NCBI GenBank assembly: GCA_902560675.1
Contig: CACEMP010000004.1
Location: forward strand, 2,678 to 66,677
DNA: 64,000 nt
Direction of reading: 5' to 3'
Source of the DNA: an uncultured Alphaproteobacteria bacterium
GTDB taxonomy: Bacteria; Pseudomonadota; Alphaproteobacteria; HIMB59; GCA-002718135
The translations under genes and the position numbers were made by a program. Below the pieces are notes generated by a model. The model worked only from the letters and a program-made list of their open reading frames with translations, did no database searches and had not been told where the DNA came from. Of the stretch, positions 1 through 7,681 are shown piece by piece; position 1 is the stretch's first letter, and each line of letters opens with the position of its first letter.

Positions 1-937
1 TATGAAATTTCGATACCCTGAACCAGGGTTCCGGAAATTCAATAGTAATAGATTTAATATTTTTTTTTATAAAAATTTTTTGATTTAAAATTAACCCTCC
101 TTGTATTACTCTTTGAGAATAACTGCAAACTGGCCAAAACTTTATAAAGTTTGGATATTTAATTACAGAATTTCCAAAATCTGATTTTTTAAAATTATTA
201 TTTAATTTTTTAGAAAATTTACTACCATACAATTCAATAAATCCTCTTTCAATATTCCAAATATCCTGTTTCGCTGTCCCTCCATTTTTAGCAAGTAAGG
301 CTGATTGCACTCCTGCCTGGGCAGCAAACCCAATATGAAAAGCTTTTGTATCTTTGCCAAATTGTTGTTTTAAACCAGATGAAAAACTTGTTGCAATAGA
401 AATTGCATTTGCCATTTGAAACGCATTTAATTTTAACACTTTAGATACTGCGGCAGCAGTGCCAACCACACCTATTGTATTTGCAGAATGCCACCCTTTA
501 TAATAATGATCATAAGTAAGTGATTGTCCCAATTTTATTATTAATTCATATCCTACCACCCATCCATGATATGTTTCTTCAATTGAGATATTTTTCATTT
601 GGGCGATAGATATAAGGGCTGAAAAAATTGGGGCACTAGGATGAGATCCTGCTACGTATTCGTAATCATCAAAGTCTATAGACGCTGATCTGACTCCAAG
701 TAAAAAACATGCAGCAGAAATAGATAATCTTTTTCCTCCTCCAAAAATCATAATTTTTCCTGAATTATTATTTTCTAAACAGTATTTTAAGGCAACCTTT
801 GATTGTTTTTCTTTAACACCTGATAATATACAAGCAAGGGTATCTATGAATGCATTTTCTGCTCTTTTATAAGTTGCCTTATTTATTTTAATTTTTTTTT
901 GTGATGCCCAATTACAAAATTTTTTGTGAAAACTCAT
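1..937 (-). CDS. MmgE/PrpD-family protein (2-methylcitrate dehydratase superfamily). The N-terminal ~312 aa are present and the C-terminus lies beyond the window edge.
   Basis: My own minus-strand translation from the ATG at 937..935 gives MSFHKKFCNWASQ...IDFDDYEYVAGSHPSAPIF...KGWHSANTIGVVGTAAA...KAFHIGFAAQAGVQSALLA. The frame stays open to position 1, so it is absent from the ORF track. Its start overlaps the stop of the upstream gene (ATGA). Confidence 0.75.
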   Translation of the reverse strand, partial: MSFHKKFCNWASQKKIKINKATYKRAENAFIDTLACILSGVKEKQSKVALKYCLENNNSGKIMIFGGGKRLSISAACFLLGVRSASIDFDDYEYVAGSHPSAPIFSALISIAQMKNISIEETYHGWVVGYELIIKLGQSLTYDHYYKGWHSANTIGVVGTAAAVSKVLKLNAFQMANAISIATSFSSGLKQQFGKDTKAFHIGFAAQAGVQSALLAKNGGTAKQDIWNIERGFIELYGSKFSKKLNNNFKKSDFGNSVIKYPNFIKFWPVCSYSQRVIQGGLILNQKIFIKKNIKSITIEFPEPWFRVSKFH

Positions 938-1752
938 TTTTTAAATTTTGCAATCATTGTAATTTCTTGTTTTTCATTAAGTATTCTTCCAATAATTTCA
1001 TCTTCTGCATTTTCACCAATTTCTAAAAAGAAATTATAGTTGTATACAAGAGGCGCTGTAGCTTTATATTCAAAAGAATTGAACTCAATCTCATTTTTTC
1101 TTGCAAGATTTAAAAGATAAGTTGCTTGAAGAGGTGCATGGACTAATAATCCCATATGTCCCTCATAATTTTTTGTATAATCATTATCATAATGAATCTT
1201 ATGTCCATTAAAAGTTAAAGCAGAATATCTAAATAGCAAAGTTGATGAACTAAAAATTTCTACTTTATCAATTAAATTTAATTCATCTTTTATTTTAGCA
1301 GTAGTGGAGTTTTTATTTATTTTTTCTCTATAAACAGCAGTTTGATCTTCTGATACTATTAATTTATTTTTATTTAAATATTCATGATTAATATTCACGA
1401 AACATAGATTGCCTGATCTACCTTCTTTAAATTCAATACTTGAAATTGTTGAATTTTTTTCAATTTCAGATCCAATTTCAAATTCATCAAATATTTTTAT
1501 TTTACCACCAGCCCACATTCTAATTTTATAAGGTAACTCTGGTAAGAAAATTCCTAATTTTGTATTTCCATCTTTGTCTAGATCATTTATTGAAGCTACT
1601 TCTGGGCATAAGCATAAAAAAATTCCCTCAGGCACAGTTTGATCACTTAAACAATTTTGATCAATTGTTTTTTTTAAATGATCAACTAATCGAGGAGTAA
1701 TAATATCACTTCTTGAAATTTTCTTTCCAATCCAATCTTTATAATTATTCAT
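934..1752 (-). CDS. Double hotdog-fold (MaoC-like / FAS1-like) acyl dehydratase-hydratase, similar to HTD2 / itaconyl- or mesaconyl-CoA hydratases
   Basis: 272-aa ORF with an RMWAGG motif and a C-terminal hotdog half (FNGHKIHYDNDY...GLLVHAPL). It is translationally coupled to the PrpD-like gene. Confidence 0.55.
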   Translation of the reverse strand: MNNYKDWIGKKISRSDIITPRLVDHLKKTIDQNCLSDQTVPEGIFLCLCPEVASINDLDKDGNTKLGIFLPELPYKIRMWAGGKIKIFDEFEIGSEIEKNSTISSIEFKEGRSGNLCFVNINHEYLNKNKLIVSEDQTAVYREKINKNSTTAKIKDELNLIDKVEIFSSSTLLFRYSALTFNGHKIHYDNDYTKNYEGHMGLLVHAPLQATYLLNLARKNEIEFNSFEYKATAPLVYNYNFFLEIGENAEDEIIGRILNEKQEITMIAKFKK

Positions 1753-1812
1753 ATTTTATTTACTCGAGTTTACTTATAAATTAATTATTAGTATAATTTA
1801 TATTTTTAAAAA

Positions 1813-3450
1813 ATGAAAAAAACATTTGACTTTATAATAGCAGGAGGAGGTTCTGCTGGCTGTACATTAGCCTCAAGATTATCTGAAAATAAAGATATAA
1901 AGGTATTATTAATAGAAGCGGGGGGGTCAGGAAAAAGTTTATTCACTCAAATGCCCGGTGGTAACGGATACATTTTTGGAAACCCTAAATTTGATTGGGG
2001 TTTTGAGTCAATACCTCAACCTTCTTTAAATAATAGAAAAATCTTATACCCTAGAGGTAAAGGACTAGGAGGATCCTCTCTTTTAAACGGTATGATTTAC
2101 ATGAGAGGTGCTCCGGGTGATTTTAATAGGTGGAGACAAAAAGGCTTAGAGGGCTGGTCATATAATGATGTATTGCCATATTTCAAAAAATCTGCCTCAG
2201 CTTTTCATAGAGAAAAAAATGAATATCATTCACATTCAGGTCCTTTAAAACTTACACCAGCTGGTAATTACAATTCTATAGATAAAGCATTTATTGACGC
2301 ATGTGTTGAAGCTGGGGCAGAAATTAATAATGATTTTTACAATGGTAATCTAAATGGAGTAGGCCGATATGATGTTAAAGTATGGAATGGCAAAAGACAA
2401 TCATCTGCAGAAGCTTATTTGAAATTTAAACCTAGCAACTTAACAATTTATAAAAATACATCTGTAATAAAAATTTTAATTGAGAAAAATAAAGCTAAAG
2501 GATTACTTTTATCAAATGGTGAAGTTTATGCATCATCAGAGGTAATTTTATCTTTAGGAGCATTCGGTAGCCCCAAATGCTTAATGTTATCAGGAATCGG
2601 ACCAGAGGAACATTTAAAAGAAAAAAATATAGATTTATTAATTAATTTACCTGGAGTAGGTGAAAACCTTCACGATCATCCTGTTATGCCAATGAATTGG
2701 GCTTTTCAAAACAACAATTTAAGTTTCTCTAAATATCAAAGGATTGATAGAGCTATTATTGTTGGATTAAAATATATTTTATTCAAAAAGGGATTAGCTG
2801 CAGCTCCTTTTTGGTCAACAAATCTATTTCATGCAATAAGAGAAAAAGAAATGCCTGAAATACAAGTTTTCATGACACCTATGTGTTTTAAAGAAGAAAA
2901 AGATAACTGGTATATGAGTTTAGATAATTTATTAAATTTTGGTTCATTATTTTTTTCTAGAGGTAAAAAAGCTTTTCCAGGATTACACTTTCAAATAAAT
3001 TTATTAAGACCAAAGAGCACAGGAAGTGTAAAACTTAAAAGCTCAAATCCTAATGATGAACTTAATATAAATCCAAATTGGTTCATCGATCCATCTGATA
3101 TGGAAGATATGATCGAAGGAATGAAACATACAAGAGAAGTATTATCAAAACCCAGTTTAGCTAAAATTGTTTCAGAAGAATTACTTCCAGGAAAAAAAAA
3201 CAAAAGTGATCAAGATTTAAAAGAGTCAGTTCGAAATCATGTACAAACCGGCCATCATCCTGCATCTACTTGCGCAATGGGTTCAAGTAATAATAAAATG
3301 GCTGTACTTGATAATCAACTTAAAGTTAGAGGAATAGACAATCTTAGAGTAGTGGATGCTTCTTCTTTCCCAGATATGATAAGTGGTAATATAAATGCAT
3401 CTGTAATAATGTTAGCAGAAAAAGCATCAGATATGATATTAAAAAATTAA
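1813..3450 (+). CDS. GMC-family FAD oxidoreductase (choline/alcohol dehydrogenase-like)
   Basis: 545 aa. N-terminal FAD fold FDFIIAGGGSAGCTLASRLSE, GKGLGGSSLLNGMIY, and C-terminal HPASTCAMG...VVDASSFP active-site region. Confidence 0.85.
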   Translation: MKKTFDFIIAGGGSAGCTLASRLSENKDIKVLLIEAGGSGKSLFTQMPGGNGYIFGNPKFDWGFESIPQPSLNNRKILYPRGKGLGGSSLLNGMIYMRGAPGDFNRWRQKGLEGWSYNDVLPYFKKSASAFHREKNEYHSHSGPLKLTPAGNYNSIDKAFIDACVEAGAEINNDFYNGNLNGVGRYDVKVWNGKRQSSAEAYLKFKPSNLTIYKNTSVIKILIEKNKAKGLLLSNGEVYASSEVILSLGAFGSPKCLMLSGIGPEEHLKEKNIDLLINLPGVGENLHDHPVMPMNWAFQNNNLSFSKYQRIDRAIIVGLKYILFKKGLAAAPFWSTNLFHAIREKEMPEIQVFMTPMCFKEEKDNWYMSLDNLLNFGSLFFSRGKKAFPGLHFQINLLRPKSTGSVKLKSSNPNDELNINPNWFIDPSDMEDMIEGMKHTREVLSKPSLAKIVSEELLPGKKNKSDQDLKESVRNHVQTGHHPASTCAMGSSNNKMAVLDNQLKVRGIDNLRVVDASSFPDMISGNINASVIMLAEKASDMILKN

Positions 3451-3499
3451 TTAATCACAAATAAGTTGACCAATGAAAATATTTAAGTTTAAATAAATT

Positions 3500-4972
3500 A
3501 TGTCTGAAATTTATACTTACAAATTTTATGCAGGAAATAGATGGCATGAACCTTCTTCTGGAAAATATTTTGAAAGTGAGGATCCATCTATAGGAAAAGT
3601 ATGGGCAAGGGTCCCTGATTGTAATGAAAAAGATATTACTCTTGCAGTAACATCTGCTAAACATGCTTACTATGACGGTCCTTATGGTAAAATGCATCCA
3701 GCAGAAAGAGGAAGAATTCTAACTAGAATTGGAGATATAATTTCTAAAAATGCAGAACGTATTGGGCAAATAGAAACTAAAGATAACGGAAAACTTCCAA
3801 AAAATATTACTCCTTCTTTAACTAGCTGGCAAACTGAGAGTTTTTATTATTATGCAGGTATGTGTGACAAGTATGAAGGCAGATTAATACCTTCAGAAGT
3901 TCCAAATATGCATAATTATTTAAAATGGGAACCGTTTGGAGTTGTTGCACTTATTCTTCCTTGGAATTCGCCAATTGGAACATTAATCTGGAAATTAGCG
4001 CCAGCAATAGCAGCAGGCAATACTGTTGTAATAAAACCCTCAGAAAGAGCATCGTGCTCTACATTGGAATTAATGAAAATTTTAGAAGAAGCCGATCTAC
4101 CCGAAGGTTTGATTAATGTTGTTACTGGTTTTGGTCCTACCACTGGTGCGCCTCTTATTGAACATCAAGATGTTAGGATGATAAGTTTTACAGGTGGAAC
4201 AAAAGGGGGTAGTGCAGCAAGTTTAAGCGCATCTAAAAATGTTAAACCTATTATTATGGAGCTAGGAGGAAAATCACCACAAATTGTATTTAAAGACGCT
4301 GATTTAACTTTATCAGTAAATGGAGTTGTATCCGGAATCTTCCCAGTTTCAGGTCATAGTTGTATTTCAGGATCAAGGATACTAGTACATAAAGATATAA
4401 AAGATAAATTTACTCATAATTTATTAGAAGTTGTTAAAAGGGCTAAAGTTGGTCACCCAAATGATACTACAACACAAATTGGCCCTATAGCAAATAAAGA
4501 GCAATATGATTTTATTTTATCTAAGATAGAGGCTGCAGAAAAAAGAGGTTTAAAATTATTAATTGATGGAAGAAAAGATCAAAAATCTGAGGGATACTAC
4601 ATTGGTCCAACTATTTTTGATAATGTTCCAAATGAAGATGATTTAGCTCAAAATGAAGTATTTGGACCTGTCGCCTCAATTCAAACTTGGGATGATGAGG
4701 ATGAAGTAATTAAAATTGCAAACGATAGTATTTATGGTCTTGCAGCAGGTATTTGGACTAAGGATACTAATAAAGCTATACGATTAGCCGATAAGATAGA
4801 AGCCGGAACTGTTTATATAAATAATTATTTTAATGCATCTACTCAATCACCAGTTGGAGGCTTCAAGCAATCAGGATACGGTCGTGAAAATGGATGGGAG
4901 GGAATGCAAAGTTACATGCAGACTAAATCTACTTGGCTAGCTACCAATCCATCTCAACCAAACCCATTTTAA
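3500..4972 (+). CDS. NAD(P)-dependent aldehyde dehydrogenase (betaine-aldehyde dehydrogenase-like)
   Basis: 490 aa. It has the ALDH motifs LPWNSP, MELGGKSP (catalytic Glu) and GHSCISGSR (catalytic Cys). It lies directly downstream of the GMC oxidoreductase, in a betA-betB-like order. Confidence 0.85.
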   Translation: MSEIYTYKFYAGNRWHEPSSGKYFESEDPSIGKVWARVPDCNEKDITLAVTSAKHAYYDGPYGKMHPAERGRILTRIGDIISKNAERIGQIETKDNGKLPKNITPSLTSWQTESFYYYAGMCDKYEGRLIPSEVPNMHNYLKWEPFGVVALILPWNSPIGTLIWKLAPAIAAGNTVVIKPSERASCSTLELMKILEEADLPEGLINVVTGFGPTTGAPLIEHQDVRMISFTGGTKGGSAASLSASKNVKPIIMELGGKSPQIVFKDADLTLSVNGVVSGIFPVSGHSCISGSRILVHKDIKDKFTHNLLEVVKRAKVGHPNDTTTQIGPIANKEQYDFILSKIEAAEKRGLKLLIDGRKDQKSEGYYIGPTIFDNVPNEDDLAQNEVFGPVASIQTWDDEDEVIKIANDSIYGLAAGIWTKDTNKAIRLADKIEAGTVYINNYFNASTQSPVGGFKQSGYGRENGWEGMQSYMQTKSTWLATNPSQPNPF

Positions 4973-4979
4973 GAAGTAA

Positions 4980-5771
4980 TTATTCTTTCCAGTTTGGTTC
5001 TCTTTTTTCTAAAAAAGCTTCAATACCTTCCTTGGAATCATCATGTAACATATTTTCCGTCATTACCTTTGAAGTAAAAGTATATGCGTCTTCTAAATTC
5101 AAATCTTTTTGTTTGTAAAAAGCTTCTTTACCAATTTTAATAATATTAGAAGATTTAGAAGATATTTTTTTAGCAATTTGAAATACATTTTCTTTTAAAC
5201 TATCTTCTTCAAAGACATCATTTATTAAACCAATCCTCAATGCTTTATTTGCATCTATAAGATCTCCAGTGAGAAGCATTTCCATTGCTTGCTTTTTACC
5301 TACTGTTCTTGATAATGGAACCATTGGTGTAGAACAAAATAATCCAATATTAACACCAGGAGTTGCATATTTTGCTCTGCTACTTGAGTAAGCTAAATCA
5401 CAGCTAGAAATTAACTGACAGCCTGCTGCAGTAGCAATACCATCAACCATAGCTATAACTGGTTTATTATTTTTATTAATTTTCAGCATAAGTTGAGAGC
5501 ACATTTGAAATATTTTTTTAAAATAGCTTTCTCCTTTGTCATTTTGCAATCTTTGTGAATTTAAATCTTTTAAATTATGTCCTGCACAAAAAATGTTACC
5601 TTTTGATGATAAAATAATTACTCTTACATCATTATCTTTATCAGCAATGTCTAGCGCTGATGTTAATTCATTGATCATGTTTTCACTTAAAGTATTTTGG
5701 TTTTTCTGGTCATTAAGAATAATATTAAAAATATTATTATTTTTTTCGGTTAATATTAGATTAAAATTCAT
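4980..5771 (-). CDS. Enoyl-CoA hydratase/isomerase (crotonase) family protein, ECHDC3-like
   Basis: 263 aa with the crotonase oxyanion region FCAGHNLKD and VDGIATAAGCQL. It is the last gene of the minus-strand operon, with a 0-nt gap to the OsmC-like gene. Confidence 0.8.
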   Translation of the reverse strand: MNFNLILTEKNNNIFNIILNDQKNQNTLSENMINELTSALDIADKDNDVRVIILSSKGNIFCAGHNLKDLNSQRLQNDKGESYFKKIFQMCSQLMLKINKNNKPVIAMVDGIATAAGCQLISSCDLAYSSSRAKYATPGVNIGLFCSTPMVPLSRTVGKKQAMEMLLTGDLIDANKALRIGLINDVFEEDSLKENVFQIAKKISSKSSNIIKIGKEAFYKQKDLNLEDAYTFTSKVMTENMLHDDSKEGIEAFLEKREPNWKE

Positions 5772-6218
5772 TTAATTGATTTGAATTTCAACATCTTTAG
5801 ATAGTGAATTAGCGATAAAACAATACTTATGCGATCTCTCTTTCATCTTTTTCATTTCTTCATCAGAAATATTAAAATTATCTTCAAATAATATAGCTGG
5901 ATTTAGCTCTATTTTGTTGACGTACATTCTCCCCTCTGCATTTTTTCCTAAATACGAAATTGCTTTATCTTTATAATTAATAACTGGCCATTTCATTTTT
6001 GCAGCTAAAGCTAAGAATGTCATCATAAAACAACTACTTACAGCTGCAGCTAGTTTTTGTTCTGGATTAATATTAGTTTCGCTCCCTCCATAATCTGGAG
6101 ATGATCCCGCATCAATAGATACATTTTCGTTAAGTATTACTTTGTGATCAGTTAAATATTTTCCAAATTCGAGTTTTTGATCTCCTAACTCCCACTTTAA
6201 TTCGATTGAATGACTCAT
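5772..6218 (-). CDS. OsmC/Ohr-family protein
   Basis: The ORF-track frame is 5772..6266. I place the start at the internal Met (MSHSIELKWE...) at 6218 because the longer form would overlap the upstream gene by 47 nt, whereas the shorter form gives a TAAnATG junction. Size and pattern (..AAAVSSCFMMTF..SHKYCFIANS) fit OsmC. Confidence 0.7.
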   Translation of the reverse strand: MSHSIELKWELGDQKLEFGKYLTDHKVILNENVSIDAGSSPDYGGSETNINPEQKLAAAVSSCFMMTFLALAAKMKWPVINYKDKAISYLGKNAEGRMYVNKIELNPAILFEDNFNISDEEMKKMKERSHKYCFIANSLSKDVEIQIN

Positions 6219-6219
6219 T

Positions 6220-7341
6220 TTAAGAATAATTAAAAGGTAGTGAGCACACTTTACCTTTTCTCTCAATATTGTCTGGTGTTAATACGATAACATCCTGCCC
6301 TTCATTCCAATAATCTTTATCAACCATTGATAGCCCAATATTGGTTTTTAAAAATGGTGAATAAATGCCAGAGGTGATGTTACCAATTTGAAATCTATTT
6401 TTTGAGTATACAGGAAAAGGTATTGAGCACGGAGGAGTCGGGGATCCATCAAAAGTAATCCCTTTTATTTTTTTTTCTATTCCATTTTTTAATATTTTTT
6501 TTAATGCATTTTTTCCAATGAAATCATGAGATAAATTTTTACAATAATTATCAAATCCACATTCAATTGGATTATTTTCTAAAGTAAATTCATTACCATA
6601 GGATAATAAACCACCTTCTATTCTATCAATTAAATTTGGACATCCAGGTGAAATATTAAAATCTTTTCCTGCTTCCCAAATAGTTTCCCAAAGCTTTTTT
6701 CCTAAACTAAAACCTTTAAGATAAATCTCAAAACCATCTTGTTTGCTATATCCTGATCTTGCAATTATCTGCTTTGTTCCTTCAAATTCAAAAAAAGAAA
6801 AATGAAAGAATTTTAATTTTTTAATTTTTTCACCAAATATTGATGACATTAATTTTTCTGATTTTGGTCCTTGAATTGCTAGTGGGTAAATATCTGGTTC
6901 TATAATATCAACTTTAAAATTTCTTCCTACAGCCAATCCTTTTGCCCAAAGGAGAACATCTGAGTCTGCAACTGATAACCAATATTTATTTTCACTTAAT
7001 TTTAATAGTACTGGATCATTTATCATTCCTGCATTTTCATCAATCATTGGATAATAGTAACATTTACCAATAGGCATATCTTTTATTGATCTTGGAGACA
7101 TGAGTTGTATCAATTTTGTGGCATCCTCTCCTATTATTTGAACTTGTCGTTGACATGAAACATCCCAAATTTGAGTATCTTTAGATAAGTGCCAATAATC
7201 TTCTTCTACTGTTGCTTTATATGATTTTGGAAGGAGCATATGATTAACTACAGTAAAACCACTTACACCAGCTTCAATTACTTTCTCAGTATAGGGAGTT
7301 CTCCTAATACGTCTAGACATGTTTAATCCTGAATTACTCAT
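6220..7341 (-). CDS. dmdA: GcvT-fold, tetrahydrofolate-dependent aminomethyltransferase of the DmdA (DMSP demethylase) type
   Basis: The N-terminus SRRIRRTPYT..GVSGFTVVNHMLLP..IWDVSCQRQV and later ARSGYSKQDGFEIY and IEGGLLSYGNE match my memory of DmdA sequences much better than GcvT proper. I chose the start at the second Met (MSNSGLNMSRR), 1 nt after the upstream stop. The symbol is tentative, since this could be a paralogue. Confidence 0.55.
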   Translation of the reverse strand: MSNSGLNMSRRIRRTPYTEKVIEAGVSGFTVVNHMLLPKSYKATVEEDYWHLSKDTQIWDVSCQRQVQIIGEDATKLIQLMSPRSIKDMPIGKCYYYPMIDENAGMINDPVLLKLSENKYWLSVADSDVLLWAKGLAVGRNFKVDIIEPDIYPLAIQGPKSEKLMSSIFGEKIKKLKFFHFSFFEFEGTKQIIARSGYSKQDGFEIYLKGFSLGKKLWETIWEAGKDFNISPGCPNLIDRIEGGLLSYGNEFTLENNPIECGFDNYCKNLSHDFIGKNALKKILKNGIEKKIKGITFDGSPTPPCSIPFPVYSKNRFQIGNITSGIYSPFLKTNIGLSMVDKDYWNEGQDVIVLTPDNIERKGKVCSLPFNYS

Positions 7342-7342
7342 T

Positions 7343-7678
7343 TTATTTAGACCACCATATTGAGTACCCATTTGGAGAAATAATTAGAGGTATGTGATAT
7401 TTTTTAAGAGGATCTTTCATTTTAAATTTAACACTGATTGAATTAATTATTTCACTAGTATTTCTAAAATATTTACCAGAATTAATTATCATTTCATAAT
7501 CACTTTCACAATCTTCTTTCGTTAATTCAAATTCTTTGAGCATTCTTCCAGAACTATCTGTTTTTTCTTCTAAAAATACAACTTTGTTATTATTATTTTC
7601 TTTATAAATAACAATTTCTACATCACTTGCATGCGTACCATCTATTGAGTTTAGTAAATGTGTAGAAAAAATTGCCAT
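7343..7678 (-). CDS. Transthyretin-like protein (5-hydroxyisourate hydrolase family fold) with a non-canonical C-terminus
   Basis: 111 aa. The N-terminal STHLLNSIDGTHAS and C-terminal YHIPLIISPNGYS resemble the HIUase/TLP family, but the terminal tetrapeptide is WWSK rather than the YRGS that I recall as the HIUase signature. Confidence 0.7.
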   Translation of the reverse strand: MAIFSTHLLNSIDGTHASDVEIVIYKENNNNKVVFLEEKTDSSGRMLKEFELTKEDCESDYEMIINSGKYFRNTSEIINSISVKFKMKDPLKKYHIPLIISPNGYSIWWSK

Positions 7679-7681
7679 AAC

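Noticed and set aside
5772-6266. Longer N-terminal versions of several ORFs as given in the track: OsmC-like 6266, DmdA-like 7371, aguB 27597, potF-like 28495, rlmE 62281
   Set aside because: The extensions overlap the upstream gene or add non-conserved, odd N-termini. The internal Met starts give the typical family N-terminus or signal peptide and tight ATGA/TAAnATG junctions or a good RBS.
7343-7678. Annotating the transthyretin-like gene as a functional 5-hydroxyisourate hydrolase in purine catabolism
   Set aside because: The C-terminal signature is not the canonical one and no other ureide-pathway gene is in the window. I kept the call as a family-level assignment only.
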